Under the pieces are notes generated by a model. That model was not told the origin of the DNA and ran no database searches. It worked only from the letters and a program-made list of their open reading frames with translations. Below are positions 22,635 to 33,851 of a stretch of 35,851 bases of DNA, piece by piece. A program made the position numbers and the translations under genes. Origin of the DNA: Nemertoderma westbladi. Taxonomy: Eukaryota > Animalia > Xenacoelomorpha. Position 1 is the stretch's first letter; the number at the start of each line of letters is the position of its first letter. The DNA lies in NCBI GenBank assembly GCA_032718475.1, contig JAUCBJ010006438.1, forward strand, positions 1 through 35,851. Reading direction: 5' to 3'.

Positions 22635-24240
22635 ACTGTGGGAGTGGGGCTAATGGAATTGTGGTTAATGCCAACGAAGTTGCCAATGTCAATATAAACC
22701 TCGTTAAATACTTTTGAGATTTCTAGTGGACTTGTAATTAATTTACTTTGATATTAAATTTGTGGGATGGGTTTTCGTTGCGAATTAATATTCAGAATTT
22801 TATTGATAACTTTCCAACGGCTTTTGCTGTCAATTTGATTTAAGTATTTATTCTTCACATAATCATTTTTCAGTTTTTTATTAAGATTATTAAATCGGTT
22901 TCTTGCCATTTTGAATTCTTTGAATTCCGACTGTGTTTTAGTTGAACGCCATAGTTTTAGTTTACTGTCCTTATTCTGTCTCAAGTTCACAAGCTCTGCA
23001 TTGGACCATTTTACCTTGTTTCCCAGATATTGACATTGTGTTTTTGTATACTTGTATTTGATTGGTGCTTGTCTGTTTAGTAAAGTTTCAATATTGGATT
23101 CAAGGTATTGTAATTTCTTTCGAGTTAACATCTGTTTCGAAGTACAATGGGGACCAGTCAATTTTACCGATTTCACAAATAAAATGCGCAGAATTAAATG
23201 ATGAAATGTCACGATATTTTATTTTTTCTTTGTTGATATTTTGAGCCGGTGTTATTTTATGCTTTATAGTAGTTAATGTATACTCATGATCTGAGAAGTC
23301 GCAGAAAAATACCAGGCTATTTATTGTAGAGTCTGAGTTCAGATTTGTTAGGACAAGGTCAAGGAGCGTGCTTGATGATTTAGTATATCTTGTGGGTGGT
23401 GTTGTGTTCAAGGTTGAAAGGTTATAAGTGGAAAGGACGTCGCTTAGTTGTTTGGTTTTGGAGTCATTGGAGTTTAAAATATTGATGTTAAGGTCACCCT
23501 GAATAACAATATTTAGGTTGGGTTCTGGTGCTATTGCATTTTCAAGCTCTTCCGCAAAGTCATCAATGAAATGCTTATTTGCCCGCGGTGGATTGTATAC
23601 AGTGCAGATAAGCAGCCCATCGACTTCTACCCAAAGGCTTCCTAGTTTGGTGTTACATTTAATGTCGTGGGATAGTGAAAACATGGGATAGTGATTGCCT
23701 TTGTGTCAATATTTCTATGGGTTATGAGTTATGGTTATACTGTGGCCGTGTTGGTTGACGAGGGCCCTGCTGGTAGGACGTAGGGGATCCGACGTTCCTT
23801 CCCGACGGCCGGTGGCTGGGCCGGATATTCGTTGCATCGGCTCTGCGATATGGTGCTGATGGCGACGGGGTTGGCAGCAGTGGTCGACGTTTCACAACAT
23901 CGACGAACTTCTCTCGGACGTTGCAGTGTATGGCGCGGGAAATACAGTTCATAACAATAGATAAACCCTGTCGTGATAGATGACGGCCGTCTCTGGCAAA
24001 AGCAGATCCGAGGATAACGTTATTGTTGGCCATAAAACTGTAACAAGTTGGGATAATGTTGCTATTACGCTCGTTTGCGAGATTAGCAATTTCTTTATTC
24101 AGAGACATAATTTTCTCTAGTGCAGCGACATTCGCATTATTAGGAGGCACCTCTACAATGTAGAGATTTGTAGGCGGAATCGTTCCATTACCGCATCGGT
24201 TGTGGCCTTTATGTCCTCTATTATATTTGAACCGAATCAG
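22635..24240 (-). mobile_element. CR1-group LINE fragment: ORF1 (SGNH esterase-like) + ORF2 APE endonuclease, RT missing
   Basis: ORF1 FARDGRHLSRQG (DxxH motif); APE motifs VYNPP, GDLNIN, PTR...STLLDLVLTN, FSDH; linker (ARNRFNNLNKKLK) is homologous to the 4375 LINE. Confidence 0.88.
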
Positions 24241-24721
24241 AAAAAATAATGAAATCCACTTACTCTAGGTGTAGTATACGTACTACACGCTGTGAGTGGG
24301 ATAACGACAGGAAATCTTCACACAAAGTGATTTAATTTGTTTATGAATTTAAGTAGCCATATGGGGGAGCATTTAACTCCTCGAGCCAGTAAACAGCTGC
24401 TTTCGTTAACAGCAATCGATTACGGAAATTAATGCGGGGTCGAAAGCACCACGGTTTAAGTGCAACCAAATTGATTTGCCATGTCGATTACGGTACCTAC
24501 ACGCCAGGAATCAGTGGGCCAAACTGAACCCCACTAATGTCTCCATAACCTTTGGTTGTACGTATTTTCTTTTATATCTCACCCGAATTTGAGATAACAC
24601 CTTTAACTTAGTAATTACAGAGTCCTTAGGTTGAATAACGGGTGGTTCCTAGAGTTAGGTGCCGTTGTGAATTATTATTGTGAGGCTGTTAGCAAGCGAT
24701 AAATGTACCTATTATTTACAT

Positions 24722-24914
24722 GGTGTCAGGACAATTCCTACCCGGACAATTCGTACCTGGACAATTCGTACCGGACATTTCGTACCGGACAATTCGTACC
24801 CGGATAATTTGTACCCAAATTTTTTTTTGACGGGTACGAATTGTCCGGGTACGAATTTTCCGGGTACGAATTGTCCGGGTACGAATTGTCCAGGTACGAA
24901 TTGTCCGTATACTC
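24722..24914. mobile_element. Foldback-type MITE built from inverted arrays of a 15-bp repeat
   Basis: About five (ggacaattcgtaccc) units face about five (gggtacgaattgtcc) units across a T tract; no clear TSD. Confidence 0.75.
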
Positions 24915-25149
24915 ACTAGTGAAAGTACGCTATATTGATATTTTAAACTAGCTAGTTTTTGCAAATTTTCTTATAAATGTTATAGAACACATGTTAGCTA
25001 TCAATTTTGATGAATATTTTTGTTCTAGAACACATTTTTTTGTTCTAGAACACACATTTTTTATTTTTAAACTAGCTAGTTTTTTCTACTTTTTTTTATA
25101 AATATTATAGAACACGTGTTGTTAGTTATCAATTTTGATAATTTTTTTT

Positions 25150-25511
25150 TGTTCTAGCGCCAGCCAACCGTCAAGCCGGTTGACAGACCTTGTGTGGTGA
25201 CTAGTTAGAACACACCGGGTGACGTCATACTGCTACGTGTAAGACCGGTCCCCCGGTGAGCAGGGTCTGACTATTGGATCACCTGACTCCGCACGCTTGT
25301 GGAGCTGTATCACCCTTACCCTGACTGCTGGATAGCGGACCTGCTCTGTTACCGTGATACTGCTACATTGTATGATTGTATTGTTACCGTAGCCATTTTA
25401 CCCATATTGTATGTAACATTATTACCCAGTATCAGTTATCAGTTATACATTAATACACCAGTTACCTACGTGTCCGCGACACTTGTTCTTTTTACCCTCT
25501 GGCGTAGAACA
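25150..25511 (+). mobile_element. Solo-LTR-like insertion (~360 bp)
   Basis: Inverted ends tgttcta(g)cgccag...ctggcgtagaaca; composition shifts sharply from the AT-rich flanks; flanks ttttt/ctttt. Confidence 0.55.
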
Positions 25512-25834
25512 CTTTTTTATACTATCTAGTTTTCAATTTTTTTTCTAGATCAAACAAACGAACATTTTTTGGAAAAAATATATATTTTATGTTAAGAGAA
25601 TGTTTCTTGCCATTGTATTCTAGAAAATTTGATGAATATAATTATTTAAAATTGTATTATTTTTTTTTTCAATTTTTCTTTGCAGCTACTGTAGTGTTTC
25701 TAAAACATTCTTAACATTTATAAAAAAGTTGAAATAATTAGCCTGTATAAAAAATAAAAAATGTTTTTAGAACAAAAAAAATGTATTCCAGAACAAAAAT
25801 TTTCATCAAAAGTGATATATAAAAACAAAGACAA

Positions 25835-26350
25835 GGCCATGATACACCACAGGAGAGGCAAGCGGCCGCGGCAAGAGGCGAGCGGCCGTGGCAAGAGGCG
25901 AGCGGCCGCGGCAAGAGGCGAGCGGCCGCGGCAAGCGGCCACTTTTTAATAATAGAACACATTATTCTCTATGGGTCATGCATGATACACCACAAATGGC
26001 CGCTGCCGCTCGCCACTCCTGTAGTGTATCATACTAAAAGTCGCCGCTCACTTCGGCCGCGGCCGCTCGCCGAGACCGCCTGCCGCTCGCCGAGACCGCC
26101 TGCCGCTCGCCGAGACCGCCTGCCGCTCACCGAGACCGCCTGCCGCTCGCCGCGACAGCCTGCCGCTGCCGCTCGCTGCTTCTGTGGTGTATCATGGCCT
26201 TAACAATGTTCTATAAAGACAATGATACACCACAGAAGCGGCGAGTGGCAGCGGTGGGCGGCCGTGGCGAGCGGCCGATGTGAGCGGCGACTTACAGTAT
26301 GATACACCATAGGAGCCGCGAGTGGCAGCGGCCATTTGTGGTGTATAATA
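25835..26350. mobile_element. Cluster of palindromic PIF/Harbinger-like MITE ends with GC-rich 20-bp tandem repeats
   Basis: atgatacacc motif in both orientations; 25982-26060 is the inverse of 26272-26349; ggccatgatacaccacag at 25835 pairs with the end at 26199 followed by tta. Confidence 0.55.
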
Positions 26351-26667
26351 GGTTCAGCCCTCGCCCTTCTATTGAACAGGCGATCTTTAAGCAAATTAAC
26401 CTGTTCATTCAACCCCGGTGACGTGTTTCTCATTTTTTCCATTTCTCTCCATCTCATCTTTTCCATTTTTTCATTACAATATCATTTATTAAAGTTGCAT
26501 TAACAGCTCAACTACAATTCATTAATATATATACTGTAATAGAAGCCAGCCGGTCATCCACGTATTATCACGTATGAAGCTCTATTACAGTCATTGTATT
26601 ATCATGTATGTCATAACCCGTCGTCCATGGCTACGCGTTCCTTGTGTTTGTCGCCAGAAAGTAGATC

Positions 26668-26841
26668 TAAATATACAATGTAAATAGGACAATACGATAA
26701 TGCTCTCCATAGCGAAAAATATCAACCGGCCCTAGTGGGGCTCGAACCCGGTACCTAGGTTTCAAACTTCTGGTTATCATCAGCATATTGTCCTATTTAC
26801 ATTGTATATTTAATACACCGCGTCACAATTCACTTATTATT
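26668..26841. mobile_element. 174-bp insertion with 27-bp inverted repeats, tRNA 3'-half and 12-bp flanking direct repeat
   Basis: IR at 26668-26694 and 26786-26812; direct repeat agaaagtagatc at 26656-26667 and 26842-26853; minus strand gggttcgagccccactagggcc. Confidence 0.7.
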
Positions 26842-29046
26842 AGAAAGTAGATCGGATCTGCGTTAAGTAGAGTGGTTGATACAGGTGATAATCTCTTCCG
26901 TAAAGCTCGGCGTTTGTCATCAAGATTGTGTGATTGTTCAGTTAAATTATCAATCACAATTTAACAATTCAATGCCAACGACTATTGCTGCTGGTCTATA
27001 AGCTCTTAGGATTTCCAAAATTTTTCTATTACTATTATTAAGGATGGAATCGAATGCCTTTCTGAATTCCATTCATGTCAGAACTGCGGAACGCTTTTAT
27101 ATATATTACCTTCAACAAGACTCCATAGCGCTTCGAGTATCTGAGCTATATTATCCTTCTGTGTTTGTTGACCATATAGCATGACTACATGCAATTCAAA
27201 AATTTGTTTGGGGGAATATTTTAGGCTTATTTTATATTTCACTTCCGGATTGATGCTGGCTATTTTCATTAAATAAAATCAAATGAACTAGCAAGCCAGG
27301 GAAGGGAATGACTGTTCACCAGCACGGAAGATCTTCCACAGTTATACCTTTTTCTGCTGTTTCCCATGCGGAAAGGGGGGGGGGGGGGGGGGGTGATTGA
27401 AAAGTGTGAACTATGCAAGGGATAGAAATTAGTGATCGAAGCGAGCGATTTCTCTATGGGTTTTTTAACGTTTAAAATGTAAATCTACATAATATAGTAT
27501 GTATTTATTGAAGGGCTGTTCATAAATTAGGTCACGGCCAGTATCGGGTGGGTAGAGGGTTCAGTGAGTTTGTGACAAACCCTGTGAATAGCGCAGATAG
27601 TGGTTGAAAAGTCCAGTAGTATACAGCTTACCAGATCCTAGTAACGATGTATCTTACCGTAAGATCCAGTAATGTATACGGGCTCGTACAGTATCTGACA
27701 ACAAATCCCAGTCCAGGGTGTCTAAATAAACAGATACAAATACGCGAACAACTACTGGCGAGGAACAGAGCCTAGTGTCTATTCTACGTACGTGAGCGGG
27801 TCTAATGCCTACGAACTAGACAAAAGGATGCCTGTCCTCTAACCGGTGAGGCAGATGTACAGTTACAGTGACAGACCAAACTCACGGGAAAACAATCCCC
27901 GCGCAGCGAATCCTAACTATCGCTGACAGACCTAAATACTGTAAACTTGCCGCGGTGTGATTTATATGGTTTATATACGAGCTAGTGGATTAACAGACTA
28001 GCGTAACAATACTACTAACAAGCGGTAGCAGTCAAAGGGGGTAGTACCTAAAGTAAAAATACTGCTGACAGGAGCAATGCAGTCAAAAGGGTGCATGCCA
28101 TCTAAAATACTTGCCGTAAACTAAATATCAGATCCTAAATTTACAAACTACGAACAGTATATATGTTTTAGGACGTGTGTGTGTGTTTGTGTTACGAATA
28201 AAACAAATTTGGTGTATCGCCGTTGTACTAGGTTTCGGTGATTTCTGACCAAAAACAATACCGGGCGCTAGCTACTAAAATAAGCTAGTCGCGCTCTGTA
28301 GGGCTTTATACTTACAAATGATGTCAAAGCTCTCTCCTTCCTATCTACAACTCAACCGGGCAACCACGGTGTTAGTAACTACACCCGTGATCGGCACAAA
28401 TACCAGATTCTGGTTGTAAGATAAGAGATAGGGGTTAATCGCTACCGTACGTTAGCTGATCTGGTATACAAATTTGATTCTAGAACTTTGTTGCCGCGGT
28501 GGTTAGCAGCAATACCTATCAGTACGTGGCAAGGCGCGGTAGGATATTAGTAACCTCCCTAGGCCAAGCAAAGTGCCGGTAGCAGAAAGCTGCTCCGGTG
28601 AACCGGTACAGAACTGTCAGTACTGCAAATCACCAAATTATGGAACTTGTGTTCTCTGCACCTAAAGTGTACTTGCGCGTACTGACGAACAGCAATAGTT
28701 CACACCTGTAGGAGATACAGGTTAGTTAATCCAGGGATTTTGCTTGTTTGCTCCTGTCTAAGTCAAAATATTCGATCCTAAATTTTATGGTGCTCCACGA
28801 CGGCGTCACGCTTACCCTGATCTATAGGTCTTACTGCGGGCAAGGGCGTCAAACAAAGTCTTACCTTCCTCTGACGTGGGCGCTGTATGGCAAGGGGGCA
28901 TGCTTCGAACGGGCGCGCGGGCAAATCTAATGTGGGCGCTTAGCGTGTTGTGGACATCTTTCCCTGCGTTGCTGACGGCCTAACGGTCTAGGCAGCCATC
29001 TCCCAAATGTTTGGCTGTCCCAAAGGTGGACGAGACAAAATATACA

Positions 29047-29279
29047 TGTTTAAAGTTTACAGTATATTTACGTAATTTACAAAGATTTATCAAACAGATT
29101 TACTAAATAGTTTCAACAAGAAACTAACAAATGTAACTAGTAAAGTAACAAGATCAGGATTAGTGATGAGCGAAAGTGAGTTATAAGAATGGTGATAACC
29201 GAAGGCAAACCAGCCTTTATATACTAAATCTGGGACATAGAATCCTCTAGAACCTTCCAGAGCATTCCATGGCCTCACA
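29047..29279 (-). mobile_element. LTR-like fragment
   Basis: Minus strand starts tgtgagg and has tctggaaggttctaga then a tatataaa box; end and TSD unresolved. Confidence 0.35.
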
Positions 29280-29401
29280 TTGGAGCAATAAGATATTCCA
29301 TGCCCTATGATTGGCCCAACTCATCGTTCCATGTGTTGTACGCACCTCATTGGTTTACCAAATTAAATCAAATGAAAATAAATTGCCCCAAAATGCAAAT
29401 T

Positions 29402-29473
29402 TCCCGACTGGGATTCGAACTCGTAACCTATCTGTAATGTAACCAACGCCTTAACCATCTGACCACTACGCCA
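29402..29473 (-). pseudogene. tRNA pseudogene or tRNA-derived SINE head
   Basis: A box tggtcagatgg and B box gagttcgaatcc at tRNA spacing; acceptor and anticodon stems are imperfect. Confidence 0.65.
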
Positions 29474-30181
29474 TGAGAGTACCTACGGGTTTTATGTGTA
29501 CCAATATGAATAGGCATATTACATTACTGTAATTTAATCAAAATGCGTCGGATTTTTAGAAAGTTTTTACGTTAAACTACAAATGCTATCTTATAGTGAA
29601 ATAATCCATCAGTGGTGCACTTTGACTGCAAGTGAAAAATATGTTCTTCAACGCTAATTGACCGCAAGGGAAATAAACAAACTTTGTTTATTGTTTTGGT
29701 TTCGAAAATATCTACACAGTAAGAGTAACCTGCTCCTTTCTCTTAGTAATTTTGTTTAAATTTGATAAAGTTTATTGTGGTGACCTTAATCCGTCGTGAA
29801 CGTACATGACGTCACAATTTATGATAAAATAAATCACATTAGTTATGAATGAAAAACGAAATAAACGGTAACATAGAATATTCTTCATTATTTTAAGACC
29901 TTATATACCTTTAGCTGATCCCATTTGAGACAATTAAAAACATATTTGAAAATTTTTTTAGAGTTCAATCCTTTATTACTCCTTTAGAAGTTGGTACACT
30001 TAGCACTTTACTTGGTTCGAAACATTTTATTTTGGTCAATTATTGGTCGCTGAGATAAATCAGAAATTGCAGGAAATGTTAATGATGATAATGTTATATT
30101 AAACCCCCCCCCCCCCCCCCCCCCTGGCTACGCCACCGCTGTTTCCCAAGTTACATTGCTTTTCGTAAATGATTAACTAAC

Positions 30182-30385
30182 CACTGGGCATTCAGCATCG
30201 AGTCCGGGCGATCCAGGTATTCCTTTTTCCCCATCTTTCCCGCGCTTTCCTCGCTTCCCACGCCCCCCGGTATCTCCATTGGGACCCCTCAACCCTGGCG
30301 ATCCATTGAATCCTCTCTCCCCCTTCTGTCCCGTATCGCCCTTCTTCCCAGTATTCCCCACATAACCCTGACGTCCAGGCTCCCC
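30182..30385 (-). CDS. MACIT-type collagen exon (204 bp): Gly-X-Y run ending GLDAECPV
   Basis: Acceptor ttttggcattacag, donor gttagt; 68 codons GEPGRQGYVG...GSPGLDAECPV; phase 0/0. Confidence 0.93.
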
Positions 30386-31326
30386 CTGTAATGCCAAAAT
30401 ATAATAAGGTCGATTACCATTCAAAAAAATCCATCGAATCACATAAAATCAAATTCAAAAACTCAATGAGAAATATAATTTTTAAAGTCTTCTAACTATA
30501 CTTGAACGAGAAACATTAAGTGTATACAGTGTTTCGTAAGCTACAAAAAATTGAACATGATATGTTTGAATAAATTAATCTAAATTGACCCTGAATTGAA
30601 TATAACATCATAGAATAAATATATTAAATTTAATAACTTTATTATGGTATACTGTGGTGAATGTGTAAACATATCATTGTTAGCGTTATGGGACGAATAA
30701 TGTACTGTGCAAGCACAGTGTGGGTTTACATAAATATACAACGGTCTTTTATTGTCATATTGAATATTGTCATTTTCATTTGCGTAGTTTTATTATTAAA
30801 TTGTATACCGTATTACGTATACGATTTACGTAATTTTGGTACATAATGTGAATTTTTCAGCGTTTTGAGTGCTAACTCATCACAATAATAATGTTAAGAG
30901 CTTGTTATAGACTATTAAACTAGAGGTAAACATTAGAGTCTTACACCTCATAAACTACAAGAAAACAAAAACAGGATATTAGACCCCAAAAATAGAACTT
31001 AGCCAATAAGGCCCTCGAAAATACACAAACAAAAAACATATAAACATATAAAGATGTCAGAATCTTGACATTTAGCCCAAAGATATTACTTAACCACTAC
31101 TGGGTCCTTCGAAAAAACACGAAAAACTACGCTTGAACAAGTATGATACTCAAGATTGATAGCTTTGCAGCGTTCAAACCTTTTATGATGAATACTGAAA
31201 GTGGTACTTTTTTAGAAGTTACGAGGATAGCACAGGACTGCTGGAATGTTGACAATGTAACGAAAATACTATTGTAAGAAAATGATGACCAGGGTTCCTT
31301 TAACTATGTTCTTATTTTTTACTTAC

Positions 31327-31395
31327 TATTCCTCTATCGCCTTTCTCCCCCTTCTCCCCTGATCTTCCTGTTTCTCCAGGAATTCCCTTTTCTCC
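31327..31395 (-). CDS. Collagen exon (69 bp): GEKGIPGETGRSGEKGEKGDRGI
   Basis: Acceptor tttcttttag, donor gtaagt; uninterrupted Gly-X-Y within the exon. Confidence 0.9.
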
Positions 31396-31678
31396 CTAAA
31401 AGAAATATATTTGTTGATGATATTGAAATATATATTGAATATTGTGTTATATATGGAATTTTGTGCATTGAGTGTAACTATTGTGTTTTTACAATTCGGT
31501 TTTGTTTGTGAGTAGCTGAGTTTATAGTTCTGAGATTGCCTTAAAAATATTCCAATACGAATATTATGGTATTACACAGGGGCATATATCTGAATGGCTC
31601 CTTTAATACGAAGTGCATATGCCATACAGTGCATTTATTGTAATTTGTAAGATCACTAAGAATATATAAATGTGAAAA

Positions 31679-32640
31679 TTTTATTATTTAATCAAAACAA
31701 ACCGAATCACTGTATAACAGCAGTGATCTACTATCAATATAATACAATTTTATTATTTAATCAAAACAAATCGAATCCCTGTATAACAACAGTGATCTAC
31801 TAACAATATAATAAAATTTTATTATTTAAGGGGGGGGGGGGGGGGGGGGGGGTAGCACCCCCCTATTTTGGAAATTGACAAAAAAGTTTTTTTATTCTAT
31901 CATGTGCCAAATTTAATGGAGATTTCAAATCTGCAAGCAGTTTTCTCATATCTTTTTTCAAGCTCAAGTTATTACCCAAAACGTAAGAGCTAGTCTGATT
32001 TTTGTAAAGCCTTCGAGCAGCACTATATTTAACAATTGTGTGGGGCCCTTTTCATAAAAAAGGCTCTCACGTTACAGATATTAATACAATTGCTAAAACG
32101 TTGTTTTACTATAGTTATCTGTTTAGCAAGCATGAAAAATTTCGTCGAATTTCATTCATTTTTGACAAAGTTATTGACGAATTGGTATTATCTAAAATAG
32201 CGGGAAGGTTTAAATTGTTCCTTAAACTTTAAACACCCATATCTCAGAATAATATACTATAGGTAGGGATCTAGGGGTCTTTACCTCGAATGAGGTAAAG
32301 ACCCCTAGATCCCTACCTATAATAAATGCATAATAACAAACACCTCGAAAAATACAGCTTGCCAACACATTGTTACTATCAATAATATCTCAGAATGACG
32401 TTTTTTCATGAAAAGGGCTATTTCTCCACCAATTTTAACTGCAATTTTCTGGTCCAGAGACACAAAAATGTGAGGTTCAATTTGGGGGTGTTACCCCCCC
32501 CCCCCCCCCCCTTTATTCAAAACAAATCGAATCCCTGTATAACATCAGTTATCTACTAACAATATAATAAAATTTTATTATTTAATCAAAACAAATCGAA
32601 TCCCTGTATAACAGCAATGATCTACTAACACTATAATAAT
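31679..32640. repeat. 69-bp tandem repeat (~4 copies) split by a MITE
   Basis: atcaaaacaa recurs at 31691 and 31760; the third unit breaks at ~31829 and resumes at ~32513. Confidence 0.85.
31829..32512. mobile_element. MITE with G-run/C-run TIRs, TTA or TTAA target
   Basis: a(g)n-tagcaccccc...gggggtgtta-(c)n-t; the empty site is defined by the intact neighbouring repeat units. Confidence 0.75.
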
Positions 32641-32900
32641 TGTATATACTACTGTGGGTGAGGCGAGTCAGCTACGAACTGTGGCCGAACTGTGTGTGTA
32701 TTCTATGGCCGTTTTCCAAAATTCCGACAGTATAGGTGTGTTGGTGAGGGTGTCAGTTTGTCGGAAGCCAATATCAGATTTATATAACTAGCAATCTTAT
32801 AATTATTCGATGAAATGACTTGTAGTTCTGCCTCACGAATTGGTCACTTGTGTTCTTAGTATAACATGGTGAAGTTAGTATAGATAGACTTTATACTAAC

Positions 32901-33023
32901 TGGATATCCAGGTGGCCCCGGTGGTCCTATATATCTTAGCAACGGTCTTTCAGTATCAGTAATCATAGAATCCTCTGTGGGATAGATTGTTTCAGCCTCT
33001 TCCTCAGACTCATCGTTATTATT
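32901..33023 (-). CDS. Collagen exon (123 bp): acidic non-collagenous linker then GPPGPPGYP
   Basis: Acceptor tttatttttag, donor gttagt; NNNDESEEEAETIYPTEDSMITDTERPLLRYIGPPGPPGYP; phase 0/0. No further upstream exons were seen in the window. Confidence 0.85.
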
Positions 33024-33169
33024 CTAAAAATAAAAATAAAACCAAAACATTAATTATTGTTGTTATTAAATTTTGCGCTTATCTTTGCGCACATGTTTCA
33101 ACACTATGGAGTGTAAGTACAATGAAAGGCCTATTTTGAATGGGATAATGTTTTAACTCGATACGCCGA

Positions 33170-33851
33170 TTCACCACCATGGGTGATCTTCCACAGTAAA
33201 CCCTTCCACTCTGTTTCCCAAAGGAATGCCTGTTCACCACCATGGGCGATCTTCCACATTAAACCCTTCCACTCTGTTTCCTAAAGGAATGCCTGTTCAC
33301 CACCATGGGTGATCTTCCACAGTAAACCCTTCCACTCTGTTTCCCAAAGGAATGCCTGTTCACCAACATGGATGATCTTCCACAGTAAACCCTTCCACTC
33401 TGTTTCCTAAAGGAATACCTGTTAATCACCATTGGTGATCTTCCACAGTAAACCCTTCCACTCTGGTTCGTAAAGGAATTCCTGTTCACCACCATGGGTG
33501 ATCTTCCACAGTAAACCCTTCCACTCTGGTTCCTAAAGGTATTCCTGTTCACCACCATGGGTGATCTTCCACATTAAACCCTTCCACTCTGTTTCCTTAA
33601 GGAATGCCAGTTCACAACCATGGGTGATCTTCCACAGTAAACCCTTCCACTCTGGTTCCTAAAGGAATTCCTGTTCACCACCATGGGTGATCTTCCACAG
33701 TAAACCCTTCCACTCTGGTTCCTAAAGGAATTCCTGTTCACCACCATGGGTGATCTTCCACAGTAAACCCTTCCACTCTGGTTCCTAAAGGAATTCTTGT
33801 TCACCACCATGGGTGATCTTCCACAGTAAACCCTTCCACTCTGTTTCCCAA
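33170..33851. repeat. 63-bp minisatellite, ~10.8 copies
   Basis: Unit ctgttcaccaccatgggtgatcttccacagtaaacccttccactctggttcctaaaggaattc. Confidence 0.95.

Noticed and set aside
29402-29473. Functional tRNA gene
   Set aside because: Acceptor and anticodon stems pair poorly; more likely a pseudogene or SINE head.
30104-30140. C-run + tggctacgccaccg, a hAT-MITE-like end
   Set aside because: No partner TIR or TSD found; too short to call.
33170-33851. CRISPR-like array or 21-aa repeat protein
   Set aside because: Units are contiguous with no unique spacers, there are no cas genes, the context is eukaryotic and there are in-frame stops.
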